Shown piece by piece: positions 46,305-56,894 of a stretch of DNA of 64,000 nucleotides. Location of the stretch: assembly GCA_964567095.1 (NCBI GenBank), contig CAZMKN010000001.1, positions 11,675-75,674 on the forward strand, in the 5' to 3' direction. The position numbers and the translations under genes are program-made. Every line of letters begins with the position of its first letter. Position 1 is the stretch's first letter. The notes under the pieces are model-generated. The model was not told the DNA's origin. It was given only the letters and a program-made list of their open reading frames with translations, and searched no databases. The DNA comes from an uncultured Candidatus Saccharibacteria bacterium. Lineage in GTDB: Bacteria > Patescibacteriota > WWE3 > UBA101185 > UBA10185.

Positions 46305-46716
46305 TACCCCACGGCAACGGTGCCTGGAATTGTAGCTTGCTTTGAATACTTGCGATTGACTTCACAATTTTCGGTTCATTTTCCATATAAATGTGCGGCC
46401 CCTCAACTACATCGGGTAATACTGACCCTATACCAGATAAAAACATATTTAAGGCAAGTGGTGGGTTTTTTATTACCCACAACGTATATAAAGTTGCAGT
46501 AAGTCCTACTGCTACACCTAGAACCAGATCGCCCATAACAGCAAGAGGCCGCCAGCCTCTAATCCGTTCTTCTTTTTTAGTTCCTGAATAGAAATCCCAG
46601 TGAGGTACCAAGTCTCCCACGAAATGAGATACTATTGAGAGAGGCACCGCTATAAATGGATTTTGTATTGTAACCCCTATTGCAAGACCTACAAAAGTGT
46701 GTGGTGTTAAAAGCAT
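46237..46716 (-). CDS. Membrane protein, putative metal-dependent hydrolase
   Basis: TPH..VG, SHFVGDLVPHWD and LPD motifs; its 3' end overlaps the convergent gene. Confidence 0.7.
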   Translation of the reverse strand: MLLTPHTFVGLAIGVTIQNPFIAVPLSIVSHFVGDLVPHWDFYSGTKKEERIRGWRPLAVMGDLVLGVAVGLTATLYTLWVIKNPPLALNMFLSGIGSVLPDVVEGPHIYMENEPKIVKSIASIQSKLQFQAPLPWGIISQILVVGASSWVILRSLGLL

Positions 46717-46723
46717 GCAGACC

Positions 46724-48190
46724 TCATTCTAACATACTGGGTTTTAGTTTTAAGGCTTTTTGCATTAATTTTTCCCCCTTTTCTACTTCTCCGGCTTGCT
46801 TATATGTATTTCCTAAGTTGTACATTGCTTCGGGATAATTAGGTTCTAACTGCAACGCTCTCTGAAAATTATGGATTGATTTTTCCAGATCTCCTTCCAA
46901 ACCGTAAACGTCACCTAAATTGTTATAAACCCTTGGACTATTGGGATTTGTTCTTGCTGTGGCCTCCCACAAGGTTTTTCTATTTTGCCAGTCTGCGTTC
47001 CTGAGAATGTCTTTGTAGAAGTAAAGACTCATGATAATAATGGTAATATAAAGCTCCGCATTTTTAATTCTCGTGTTCTTCGCAAGATTTTCTATTGTTA
47101 TTGCTAAAAGGATTGTGAAGAATAGTGTTGGGAGGTAAAGATATCTATCGGCAATGTACCAGGATACTTGAATAGGGCTAAAGGTGGGAAGCAGGGTAAG
47201 GTATATTCCGATAAGGAGCCCCGCTTTTTTATAGTGACGTTTTTTAATCCAGTAAATTATTAATATGGTAGAAACTATAGGTACTGCTATCCCAAAAGTG
47301 ATAAAACTGGGCCTTACGACCTCGCCTTCGTGATAAATGGATAGGTCTTTGGGATAAAACAGTAATTTTGTAGCGCTTCCCGCTGTGTATGCAATTCTAT
47401 TTATATATGAGGGTTTTTCTGCTAAAAAAGCTTCTGTTGGGCCTGAGACTTCTGTTCTCATGAAGTGAACTCTTGTCAGAATTTCCTTGTGGTAAGCGAC
47501 ACCTACAAATAGGATGGCCAGTAAAAAGTAATATATTGGAGCCACTCTTTTTGTCAATTTTTTAATTCTTTCCCACGGTTTTAGAAAAAACAGTTCCGTA
47601 GTTACTATTAGGAATGGAAGTACTAGTGCCCACGCACTCCTTTGAGTAACTAACCCCAGACTAAAGAGTAAAAGCGAAGCGTACAGAAAGATTTTATCTT
47701 TTTTCCGTCGGAACTCTAGGTATAGAAGCATGTTAATCAGAATTACTGTTGTATTAAATAAGTAGTGCCTTCCGGAAATCCAACTAACGGGTTCTGTAAC
47801 TACCGGATGTACGCAAAAAAGACTAGAAGCTATGTAAGCTATTCTCTTGTTTTTGAATATTTTCAATGTGAGGAAAAAAGCTAGGAGGCAGTTTATGTTG
47901 TGTATTATCACAGCTAAAACGTGTAGAGGCGTTGGATTTAGCCCAAAAAGTTGATACGAGATTGCGTACGTTAACCTATTTACCGAGAATTCTTTAAGAT
48001 TTAACAGTCTTCCGATATAATGGTACCTATCGTTTCTTACAAAACCGGCTATGTCATCGGAGACAAATCCGTTGTCTAAAACAGTTGCGAACGTTAGCCA
48101 GCAAATTATTGTTAAGATAATCAAGAAAGGTAGGTTTTCCTTTATGACTTTAGGTGTTTTGCGGAATATTCCATAAATTTTTTGTTTCAT
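46724..48190 (-). CDS. TMTC-like GT-C protein O-glycosyltransferase with TPR tail
   Basis: FVSDD, HPVVTEPVSWISGR, ADRYLYLP, RNADW and C-terminal TPRs. Confidence 0.85.
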   Translation of the reverse strand: MKQKIYGIFRKTPKVIKENLPFLIILTIICWLTFATVLDNGFVSDDIAGFVRNDRYHYIGRLLNLKEFSVNRLTYAISYQLFGLNPTPLHVLAVIIHNINCLLAFFLTLKIFKNKRIAYIASSLFCVHPVVTEPVSWISGRHYLFNTTVILINMLLYLEFRRKKDKIFLYASLLLFSLGLVTQRSAWALVLPFLIVTTELFFLKPWERIKKLTKRVAPIYYFLLAILFVGVAYHKEILTRVHFMRTEVSGPTEAFLAEKPSYINRIAYTAGSATKLLFYPKDLSIYHEGEVVRPSFITFGIAVPIVSTILIIYWIKKRHYKKAGLLIGIYLTLLPTFSPIQVSWYIADRYLYLPTLFFTILLAITIENLAKNTRIKNAELYITIIIMSLYFYKDILRNADWQNRKTLWEATARTNPNSPRVYNNLGDVYGLEGDLEKSIHNFQRALQLEPNYPEAMYNLGNTYKQAGEVEKGEKLMQKALKLKPSMLE

Positions 48191-48254
48191 CTCCTATATA
48201 TTATCTTAAAAATAGCACTTCATATAAATTCTTTTTTGAGATAGAATATGCCTG

Positions 48255-48863
48255 ATGGAGAACGTAGTCAATCCAGGGAAAAATAGTGCTCACACTTTAG
48301 GATCTGAGGATAGTGAGAAGCCTTCGGTAAAGTCTTTTGTACTCGAGTTGCTTGAAAGTTTCCTTAGTTCAATGCTTGTCCTTTTCCTTTTATATAAATT
48401 TGTCGCAATGCCCGAAGTTGTTCACGGTGCTAGTATGTCCCCGAACTTTGAAGATAGCGAAAGAGTATTAATGGAACGTATAACTAGATACATAAAGCCG
48501 TTTGAAAGAGGCGAGGTTGTTATACTACATCCGCCGGATAATCCACGCATCGACTACATAAAGAGAATAATAGGTCTTCCTGGAGATATAATAAAAGTTA
48601 AAGACTGCCAGGTTTACATAAATAGAGACGGCAAGAAATTCGTTCTCGAGGAATCATATTTGCCGAACGATGTTTGTACCGTAGAGGGCCCACAATTAAG
48701 AGAAGGCCGTTCCCTGCGCTTAAAAGACGGGGAATTTGCAGTAATGGGGGATAACAGGATCAACTCGTTGGATTCTAGGGTTTTCGGCGTAGTAAAAGAG
48801 AAAAACGTTCTTGGAAGAGTTGTTTTTCGCTTTTGGCCTTTTGATCGTCTTGGCTTTCTGTAG
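48255..48863 (+). CDS. lepB: Signal peptidase I
   Basis: GASMSP, YIKRIIGLPGD and MGDNR.NS.DSR motifs. Confidence 0.95.
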   Translation: MENVVNPGKNSAHTLGSEDSEKPSVKSFVLELLESFLSSMLVLFLLYKFVAMPEVVHGASMSPNFEDSERVLMERITRYIKPFERGEVVILHPPDNPRIDYIKRIIGLPGDIIKVKDCQVYINRDGKKFVLEESYLPNDVCTVEGPQLREGRSLRLKDGEFAVMGDNRINSLDSRVFGVVKEKNVLGRVVFRFWPFDRLGFL

Positions 48864-48883
48864 TTGTTGTGATAACATTCTTG

Positions 48884-48912
48884 TTGACACTCTGGAGGTA
48901 GTATGTTAAATT
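48884..48912 (+). promoter_or_regulatory. Sigma70 promoter of rpoBC
   Basis: TTGACA, 17-nt spacer, TAAATT with extended TG. Confidence 0.75.
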
Positions 48913-48999
48913 CCTCTTTGTCCAAGAAGGTGTTACGTCAAGAGTCATTTTGAATTTGATCTAGCAAAGGTAGCTTTAGTTTCTGAAAATTAAAATTTA

Positions 49000-51900
49000 A
49001 TGCAAGAGTATAATTTTTCCAAAAGAAAAGATGTCTTACCATTACCTGACCTTTCCGCTGTACAACTTGAGTCGTATGAGTGGTTTTTAAGCGAAGGTAT
49101 ACAAGGTGTATTAGATGAATTAGGTACTATTGAGGATATTTCAGGTAGAGGTTGGGTTCTTAGTCTGTCCGATTCGCAGTTTCAGTCCCCAAATATTCCA
49201 TTAGAAGAAGCTTTAAGAGTAGGTCGCACTTTCGACGCTCCTTGGTACCTGAAAGCGACTTTGAAGGATCCGATAAATAAAACCGAAAAATCCCAAGATG
49301 TATATATGGGCGATATTCCATTGATGACTGGTAGGGGGACTTTCATTATTAATGGCGTAGAAAGAGTTATAGTAAATCAACTTATTCGTTCCGAGGGCGT
49401 TTTGTTTACGGGGGAGGTTTCTTCAGTAACAGGCCAATTATTGGGCGGTGCGAAAATTCTTCCGCAGCACGGAGTTTGGCTAGAGTTCACAACTTCTAGG
49501 GGCGGTCAATTGAGCGTTCGAATAGATCGCAGGAGAAAGCTTTCCGTAACGACCTTATTGCGTGTTTTCGGGTTGGAGTCAGATGAGGATATTTTAGATG
49601 CATTTGCTGAAGTGGAAACGGACCCGGAGGTAAATTATATCGAGAGATCCTTAGTTAAAGATCCTTCCTCTACTTATGACGAAGCTTGCCTAGAGATTTA
49701 CAGGAAAATTAGACCGGGCGAGCCTTTAGTATTGGAGAACGCCAAACTTTTGGTGAAGGAGACGTTTTTTAATCCTAAACGTTATAGTCTTGGAGAGGTT
49801 GGTAGGTTCAAGCTTAACCAAACGTTAGGTTTAAACTTCCCAAACACTCCCGAAGGACGCGTGCTGCAGCTGGAGGATTTAATCAAAATCATTTCCCGCG
49901 CAATTCAAATGAACAATGGGATTGGCACGATTACTGATATAGATAATCTTGGTAATCGAAGAGTGAGGCGTGTGGGAGAGCTTCTACAAAACAGAGTTAG
50001 AGTTGGCTTTTTGAGGCTAGCTAGGAACGTCCGTGGAAGAATGTCCTTGCAACCTAGGGATACTTTACCTAACCCCGCAGGACTCATTTCCCCCAAAGCC
50101 GTAACCGCAAATGTTCAAAGCTTTTTCGCTACAGGCAGGCTTTCCCAGTTTCAAGATCAGCAAAACCCTCTTACATCCTTGGCCCATATAAGAAGACTCT
50201 CGGTTTTAGGTCCTGGAGGTTTAACAAAAGAGAGGGCAAGCATGGCTGTTAGAGATGTTCATTATTCCTCATTTGGAAGGATTTGTCCCGTTAGAACTCC
50301 GGAAGGTCCAAGTATCGGCCTTATTAACTACTTGTCCATGTATGCCAGGATTAACAAATATGGGTTTATTGAAACTCCTTATATAAAGCTGGAGAAGACC
50401 GAAAAGGGGGTTCTCGTCACTAATAAAATCGAGTATTTGGCTGCTTACGATGAAGAAGACGCAAACATTACAGACGCTTCTGTGGCTATCGGTAAAGATG
50501 GTTTTATCTCCGTAAAGCAGGTTCCGCTAAGGCATCATGGTGACTTTTTCTTGGGAAATACTACCGACGCAGAGTATATGGAGGTTATTCCTAAGCAGAT
50601 AGTTGGTATTTCTGCTGGGCTAATACCATTCTTGTCCAATGATGATATAACGCGCGCGTTAGTGGCAGCCCAACAATTATCTCAAGCTGTTCCTTTGATT
50701 AGTCCCCATGCGGCTACAGTTGTTACAGGTATCGAAAAACCTGTGGGGGATAATTCCGGAGCTGTAATAAGGGCAAAAAACGGTGGTACCGTAGCGTATG
50801 CTGATGCTAGAGAGGTTGTTGTTAAATATAAAGGCGATAAGAAAAAAACTACTTATCATCCAAGTAAGTTTGTAAAATCCAATGTTTCAACAAATTATAA
50901 TCAGGAAATTCGTGTTGAAACGGGTCAGAAAATAAAGAAAGGGGACATTTTATATGAAGGTCCGGCTTCAGAAGATGGTTATATTTCTCTCGGAGCTAAT
51001 GTAAGAGTTGCGTATATGATTTGGGAGGGCTACGAATTTGAAGACGGTATTGTGCTTTCGGATCGTTTAGTAAATGATGATGTTTTGACTTCAATTCATA
51101 TCAACGATTACGACGTATCGGTAGTAGAAACAAAACTTGGGTTGGAAGAATTAACATCGGACATTCCTAATGTAGCGGAATATGCGCTGAGGAATTTGGA
51201 CGAAGACGGGATAGTTATAATGGGGTCCGAGGTTAAATCGGGAGATATATTGGTGGGAAAGGTTGCTCCAAAGGGTGAGGTTGATCTATCAGCAGAGGAA
51301 AGGCTTCTGAGGGCGATTTTTGGTGAGCAGGCAAAGGAAGTACGCGATACTTCGTTGAGAATGCCGCATGGGGCTCATGGAGTTGTTATTGGTGTGAAGA
51401 GGGTGAGTCGAAAGGACAACGACAAACTTCCGGTTGGAGTTTTAGAAGAGATTACGGTTTATGTTGCAGAAAGGCGAAAAATAAGCGTAGGAGATAAGCT
51501 TGCCGGGCGCCACGGTAATAAAGGTGTTATTTCTGCAATAGTTCCTCAAGTTGATATGCCTCATCTAGAAGACGGCACTTCTGTGGATGTGATTTTTTCC
51601 TCAGAAGCTGTTTTGAAAAGAATGAACATAGGTCAAATATTGGAAGCTCCTTTAGGTTTGGCCGGTCGTAAGCTGAATAGGCGTTATATAGTTCCCCCCT
51701 TGGAAATAGTTCCAGAAGCAGAAATTACGCATCAACTTAAAGAAGCTGGTCTCCCTGCTACCGGAAAGTTTAAGTTAATAGATGGAAGAACGGGAGAATA
51801 TTTTGCTAATGAGGTTGTCGTTGGTGAAACTTATCTTTTGAAATTAGTTCACATGAGTGAGGAGAAAATGCACGCACGTTCCACCGGGCCTTATTCCTTA

Positions 51901-52305
51901 ATCACGCAACAACCCTTAGGAGGCAAGTCTCAATTTGGTGGGCAACGCTTAGGAGAGATGGAAGTCTGGGCTTTGGAAGCATACGGCGCTTCACACATTT
52001 TAAAGGAAATGCTAACTATTAAGTCAGATGATTTGATAGGTCGAACAAAGGCTTATGGCTCAATTATAAAAGGTACGCCGATCGCGGACTCCACCGTACC
52101 AGAAACTTTTAAGCTAATGATTCGCCAGTTGAACGGCCTGTGCCTTGGTTTGGAGCCAATAAAATATGATGTTGCTGACGAAGATACGGGAGAGGATCTA
52201 TCCCAGCAGGAAGCATCGGTAGTAACGGATCAGGAGGCCGCTAAGGAGTTTTTCAAATCGGGGGAAAGCACGGGTCTATCGAAAAGTTTGGAGGAGGAAG
52301 CTTAA
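49000..52305 (+). CDS. rpoB: RNA polymerase beta subunit
   Basis: GTFIINGVERV, LSQF.DQ.NPL, GDKLAGRHGNKG and GGQRLGEME motifs. Confidence 0.98.
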   Translation: MQEYNFSKRKDVLPLPDLSAVQLESYEWFLSEGIQGVLDELGTIEDISGRGWVLSLSDSQFQSPNIPLEEALRVGRTFDAPWYLKATLKDPINKTEKSQDVYMGDIPLMTGRGTFIINGVERVIVNQLIRSEGVLFTGEVSSVTGQLLGGAKILPQHGVWLEFTTSRGGQLSVRIDRRRKLSVTTLLRVFGLESDEDILDAFAEVETDPEVNYIERSLVKDPSSTYDEACLEIYRKIRPGEPLVLENAKLLVKETFFNPKRYSLGEVGRFKLNQTLGLNFPNTPEGRVLQLEDLIKIISRAIQMNNGIGTITDIDNLGNRRVRRVGELLQNRVRVGFLRLARNVRGRMSLQPRDTLPNPAGLISPKAVTANVQSFFATGRLSQFQDQQNPLTSLAHIRRLSVLGPGGLTKERASMAVRDVHYSSFGRICPVRTPEGPSIGLINYLSMYARINKYGFIETPYIKLEKTEKGVLVTNKIEYLAAYDEEDANITDASVAIGKDGFISVKQVPLRHHGDFFLGNTTDAEYMEVIPKQIVGISAGLIPFLSNDDITRALVAAQQLSQAVPLISPHAATVVTGIEKPVGDNSGAVIRAKNGGTVAYADAREVVVKYKGDKKKTTYHPSKFVKSNVSTNYNQEIRVETGQKIKKGDILYEGPASEDGYISLGANVRVAYMIWEGYEFEDGIVLSDRLVNDDVLTSIHINDYDVSVVETKLGLEELTSDIPNVAEYALRNLDEDGIVIMGSEVKSGDILVGKVAPKGEVDLSAEERLLRAIFGEQAKEVRDTSLRMPHGAHGVVIGVKRVSRKDNDKLPVGVLEEITVYVAERRKISVGDKLAGRHGNKGVISAIVPQVDMPHLEDGTSVDVIFSSEAVLKRMNIGQILEAPLGLAGRKLNRRYIVPPLEIVPEAEITHQLKEAGLPATGKFKLIDGRTGEYFANEVVVGETYLLKLVHMSEEKMHARSTGPYSLITQQPLGGKSQFGGQRLGEMEVWALEAYGASHILKEMLTIKSDDLIGRTKAYGSIIKGTPIADSTVPETFKLMIRQLNGLCLGLEPIKYDVADEDTGEDLSQQEASVVTDQEAAKEFFKSGESTGLSKSLEEEA

Positions 52306-52306
52306 A

Positions 52307-55300
52307 ATGAAACATTTGAATGGTTTGAGGGATTTTGATGCCCTAAGAATATATCTTGCCTCAAGCGAGGAAATTTTATCTTGGTCTTATGGCGAGGTAA
52401 CGAAACCCGAAACCATTAACTATAGAACTTTTAAGACAGTTCGTGGCGGGTTGTTCGATGAAAAAATATTTGGGCCGACCGCCAATTTTGAGTGTTATTG
52501 CGGAAAATATAAAGGTATCCGTTATAAGGGCGTGGTCTGTGATAAATGTGGTGTTGAGGTGGCTCATTCGCGTGTTAGACGAGAACGCATGGGACATATA
52601 AATCTTGCTTGTCCCATAGCTCACGTTTGGTTTTTTAGGGGAATTCCCTCTAAGTTAGCTTACCTTTTGGATGTTTCCCCCAGAAAAATTTCGTCCGTGA
52701 TTTACTTTTCTTCATATATTGCGACCTCTATTGATGGTGAGATGCGAGCAAAAGCCATTTCCATGGTGGAAACAGACGCGCAAAGTGCTCAGAAGAATTA
52801 TGAGGAGGTTTTGGAAAAGAAGGTAGGAGAAGTTCAAAAAGATTTTGGCGAAAAAGCAAAGGAATTCAAGGGAGATGATTTAAAGGAACGCGAACACTCT
52901 CTTAAGTTGCAACAGAAAGTTCAATCTCTTCGTATGAAGGGTTTAAGAGATTGGGAAGAGCAAGAGCAGTTCTTTAAGATTATTCGTAAGAAAATTGAAG
53001 GAATAGAGAAGTTCTCAATAGTGGACGATGAGGAATATTTGCAAATGAAGCGTTATGTAGATGTTTTCGCGGGTATGAGAATCGGTGCGGAGGCCGTAAA
53101 GTATATATTGGAACACATGGATTTGGACGAAATTGCTTTGGAGTTGACCGAAAAATTGGAAGGCAGTCGCAGTAAAACTAAAACAAAGAGGATGGCTCGA
53201 AGATTACATGTTATAGAGCAGTTTAGAAGCTCGGGGATAGATCCGGCAAATATGGTATTGGATGTTTTGCCCGTTATTCCAGCTGATTTAAGGCCTTTAG
53301 TTCAGCTTGAGGGCGGCAGATTTGCTTCCTCTGACCTAAATGATTTGTACAGGGCGATAATTAACAGAAATAATCGTTTAAAGAAACTTATGGAAATCGG
53401 TGCTCCAGAGGTCATTTTACGAAATGAAAAACGAATGCTTCAAGAATCTGTGGACGCTTTTATTGACTCCTCTAAACAGAGAAATGAAGGTCGCTCTCGA
53501 AGAGGCGCAAAGAAACTCCGTTCCTTGGCCGACATGGTTAAGGGTAAACAAGGAACCTTTAGGTTGAACCTTTTGGGTAAGCGCGTAGATTACTCTGGTC
53601 GCGGAGTAATCGTAAACGGTCCGAAATTGAAGTTGGACGAGTGTGGTATTCCCAAAGAGATGGCGCTAGAACTTTTCAAGCCGTTTGTTTTGAGGAGTTT
53701 AATGGAAAAGGAGTACGCCCCGAACATAAAAAGCGCTCGTAGGGTTCTTAATGATAGAGGTCCGGAAGTTTGGGAAGCTTTGGAAAAGGTAGTTAAAGGC
53801 CATCCGGTTTTATTAAATCGTGCTCCAACACTTTGGAGGCTTGGAATTCAGGCTTTTTACCCAAAATTAGTTGAGGGGGATGCTATTCGTTTACATCTCT
53901 GTGTTTGTTTGGGATTTAATGCAGACTTTGATGGGGACCAGATGGCTGTCCATCTGCCTTTATCTGAAAAGGCTATAGAAGAGGCACGTACCATTATGTT
54001 GTCTACGCAGAATTTGCTAAATCCTTCTAATGGATCTCCTATTTCTGTTCCCAACAAGACTCTGTTATTTGGAATTTACTATATGACCTCCGTGGACGCC
54101 AAACTTAAAATACCAGAAAAGATTTTTGGGAGTAAAGAGGAATTATTTTACAACATGAATATTTCAAATACGGTAAGTCTTCGTCAACCCATTAAAGTTT
54201 TATTTGATGGTTCTATCGTAGAGACAACCCCAGGTAGGCTTTTATTCAACGAGGTAGTTCCGGAATCCTTTGGGTTCATAAACGAGGCCATGCCTATGAC
54301 AAAGGCGCATGCCCTACTTTCCAGAGCATTTAAGGAGGAGCCTTTAGAAGTAGTCATTAAGCTAATAGACGATATTAAGGATTTAGGTCTAAGGTATGGA
54401 ACCAAGTCGGGCCATTCAGTGGCTTTGAGCGATATTGAAGTTCCAGAGGAACGTGAGGCATTGCTTCAGAAAGGTAGAGATTCTGTGGTTAAGATTGATA
54501 AGAACTTTAAACGTGGTTTGATAACAAGTATTGAGGCTCAAAGGTTGACAGAGGATATTTGGAACGAGATAACCGCAGATGTTGATGAAGCCGTTTGGGC
54601 AAATCTAAAAGAAGATAATCCCGCAAAAGTTTTAGTAAACTCAGGGTCAACCCGCGCATCTCGAGCTCAAGTAAAACAGATAGCGGGTATGCGAGGACTA
54701 ATGACTGATCCTACAGGTAAGATTGTACCGATGCCTATTTTGGGTAACTACAAGAATGGTCTATCCGGTTTGGAGTACTTTGTTGGTGCTCGGGGAGCTC
54801 GTAAAGGTCTAGTAGATAAAGGTTTAAAAACAGCTGACGCGGGTTATTTAACCAGAAGACTTGTTGATGTTTCACAGGATTTAATTATTCGTGAGGACGA
54901 TTGCGGCACTACGGAGGGGCGCCTGGTAGAGGTTGGGGAAAGTACCGTTCTTCAGTCCTTTAAGGAACGTTTTGCAGGACGATATTTAGCTAAAGACATA
55001 AAGGAAGGTAATAGGATTTTATATAAATCCGAAGTATTGTTGACAGAGAAAATTCTGGAGGAGATTGAAAAATCGAAGGTTAAACAAATAATCATTCGTT
55101 CACCAATGTCTTGTTCTGCTAAACGAGGTATTTGTATAAAGTGTTATGGGTTGGATTTGATGACTGGGGAGCCAATCAAAATTGGATCTACTGTAGGTGT
55201 CCAATCAGCTCAGTCGATTGGTGAGCCGGGAACTCAACTTACAATGCGCACATTTCATACAGGAGGTATTGCGGGAAAGGATATTACACAAGGACTCCCG

Positions 55301-55987
55301 CGCGTAGAGGAGATCTTGGAAGCGCGAACACCGAAAACCCTATCCATAATGAGTGAACTCACGGGTTCCGTTAAAATCATAGAAACTGGAGACGAAAGAA
55401 AGATTTATATTACACCAACTGAGGGGAACAAAAAGGATAGTATTGAGTATATGGTAGATCCTGTATCTGAACTTACTGTGGAAGATGGCCAGTTGGTTGC
55501 AAAGGGCGACAAATTAACCGAGGGGCATTTGGATCTTGGAAAACTCATAAATGCGGTGGGGCCGCGCGATACACAAAAATATGTTGTAAACCAAGTTCAG
55601 AAAGTCTACGCCTCTCAAGGGGTGGCGCTTAACGATAAACACATAGAAGTTATTGTGAGTAAGATGTTTAACAATTTTGAGGTATTAGATGCAGGTGATA
55701 CTGAGTTGATGCGAGGGAATATTGTTACGGTAGATACATTCAGGGATCAAAATGCTTCGGTGATTGCCCAGGGAGGCGATCCGGCAAAGGGTAGACAAGT
55801 CCTCTTAGGTATAACCAAAGCGGCCTTAAATACCGACAGCTTTCTATCGGCAGCCTCATTCATTTATACTAGCCGAGTCTTGACGGATGCTGCCTGTTCT
55901 GGTAAGGTCGACAAGCTCTTTGGTCTAAAAGAAAATGTAATTATCGGTAATTTAATACCGACCGATGGGAGAGCACGATTAGAGTAA
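52307..55987 (+). CDS. rpoC: RNA polymerase beta' subunit
   Basis: KPETINYRT, zinc finger, NADFDGD and [13 protein letters not shown] motifs. Confidence 0.98.
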   Translation: MKHLNGLRDFDALRIYLASSEEILSWSYGEVTKPETINYRTFKTVRGGLFDEKIFGPTANFECYCGKYKGIRYKGVVCDKCGVEVAHSRVRRERMGHINLACPIAHVWFFRGIPSKLAYLLDVSPRKISSVIYFSSYIATSIDGEMRAKAISMVETDAQSAQKNYEEVLEKKVGEVQKDFGEKAKEFKGDDLKEREHSLKLQQKVQSLRMKGLRDWEEQEQFFKIIRKKIEGIEKFSIVDDEEYLQMKRYVDVFAGMRIGAEAVKYILEHMDLDEIALELTEKLEGSRSKTKTKRMARRLHVIEQFRSSGIDPANMVLDVLPVIPADLRPLVQLEGGRFASSDLNDLYRAIINRNNRLKKLMEIGAPEVILRNEKRMLQESVDAFIDSSKQRNEGRSRRGAKKLRSLADMVKGKQGTFRLNLLGKRVDYSGRGVIVNGPKLKLDECGIPKEMALELFKPFVLRSLMEKEYAPNIKSARRVLNDRGPEVWEALEKVVKGHPVLLNRAPTLWRLGIQAFYPKLVEGDAIRLHLCVCLGFNADFDGDQMAVHLPLSEKAIEEARTIMLSTQNLLNPSNGSPISVPNKTLLFGIYYMTSVDAKLKIPEKIFGSKEELFYNMNISNTVSLRQPIKVLFDGSIVETTPGRLLFNEVVPESFGFINEAMPMTKAHALLSRAFKEEPLEVVIKLIDDIKDLGLRYGTKSGHSVALSDIEVPEEREALLQKGRDSVVKIDKNFKRGLITSIEAQRLTEDIWNEITADVDEAVWANLKEDNPAKVLVNSGSTRASRAQVKQIAGMRGLMTDPTGKIVPMPILGNYKNGLSGLEYFVGARGARKGLVDKGLKTADAGYLTRRLVDVSQDLIIREDDCGTTEGRLVEVGESTVLQSFKERFAGRYLAKDIKEGNRILYKSEVLLTEKILEEIEKSKVKQIIIRSPMSCSAKRGICIKCYGLDLMTGEPIKIGSTVGVQSAQSIGEPGTQLTMRTFHTGGIAGKDITQGLPRVEEILEARTPKTLSIMSELTGSVKIIETGDERKIYITPTEGNKKDSIEYMVDPVSELTVEDGQLVAKGDKLTEGHLDLGKLINAVGPRDTQKYVVNQVQKVYASQGVALNDKHIEVIVSKMFNNFEVLDAGDTELMRGNIVTVDTFRDQNASVIAQGGDPAKGRQVLLGITKAALNTDSFLSAASFIYTSRVLTDAACSGKVDKLFGLKENVIIGNLIPTDGRARLE

Positions 55988-55989
55988 AT

Positions 55990-56409
55990 ATGCCAACTAT
56001 AAATCAGTTAGTAAAAAAGGGGAAAAGGGATCGTAAAAATAGAAAGGTTAAAACACCCGCTTTAAAGAGTGTTTACAATTCTTTGTCTCGCGTGAGTAAA
56101 CCGGCTATTGCCCCGTTTAAAAAGGCTGTCTGTTTGCAGGTCAAGACAATGACTCCAACTAAACCTAATTCGGCCTTGAGAAAGGTTTGTAGAGTAAGGC
56201 TTTCCAATGGAGATGAAGTTACCGCCTATATTCCCGGAGAGGGGCATGAGCTACAAGAGCACTCTGTGGTTATGGTTCGTGGCGGCCGTGTAAAGGACCT
56301 TCCCGGAATAAAATACACTTTAGTCAGAGGCGTTTACGATTTGGGAGGGGTTAAAGACAGGGCTTCCTCACGTTCATTATATGGTACTAAGAGGTCAAAG
56401 GAGAAGTAA
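55990..56409 (+). CDS. rpsL: 30S ribosomal protein uS12
   Basis: [16 protein letters not shown] and GGRVKDLPG motifs. Confidence 0.98.
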   Translation: MPTINQLVKKGKRDRKNRKVKTPALKSVYNSLSRVSKPAIAPFKKAVCLQVKTMTPTKPNSALRKVCRVRLSNGDEVTAYIPGEGHELQEHSVVMVRGGRVKDLPGIKYTLVRGVYDLGGVKDRASSRSLYGTKRSKEK

Positions 56410-56414
56410 GGATT

Positions 56415-56879
56415 ATGAGAGGAAAAACCGCTAAGAGACGTGAAGTAAGTCTTGATCCTGTTTACCACTCTGCCGTAGTTACTAGGCTGGTAAATAAGGT
56501 TATGCTTAATGGCAATAAAACACTCGCTCAAAAAATGGTCTACGAAGCTATTTCTAAATTAGAAAAAGACAAGGACAGCTCTCTTAAAGTTTTTGAAAAA
56601 GCAATAAACAACGTAATGCCGGTTAAGGAAATTCGATCTAGAAGAGTCGGAGGAGCGACATATCAAGTTCCGTTACCTGTAAAGCATTGGAGATCAGAGG
56701 CCTTAGCTATACGTTGGATAGTAGAAGCGGCTCGCGCCAAAACAGGTAAGACCTTTTCGGAGTTTCTATATCAAGAATTGAAAGCCGCGAGTGTGGAAGA
56801 GGGAGATGCTGTAAAAAAGAGATCCGACATACATAAAATGGCCGAAGCCAATCGTGCTTTTGCACATTTTGCAAGATAA
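56415..56879 (+). CDS. rpsG: 30S ribosomal protein uS7
   Basis: RRVGGATYQVP and HKMAEANRAFAH motifs. Confidence 0.98.
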   Translation: MRGKTAKRREVSLDPVYHSAVVTRLVNKVMLNGNKTLAQKMVYEAISKLEKDKDSSLKVFEKAINNVMPVKEIRSRRVGGATYQVPLPVKHWRSEALAIRWIVEAARAKTGKTFSEFLYQELKAASVEEGDAVKKRSDIHKMAEANRAFAHFAR

Positions 56880-56894
56880 GGTAAAATATCCCCT

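Noticed and set aside
50120-50225. Canonical RRDR cluster I rifampicin-resistance mutation
   Set aside because: Residues equivalent to Q513, D516, H526, S531 and L533 are unchanged.
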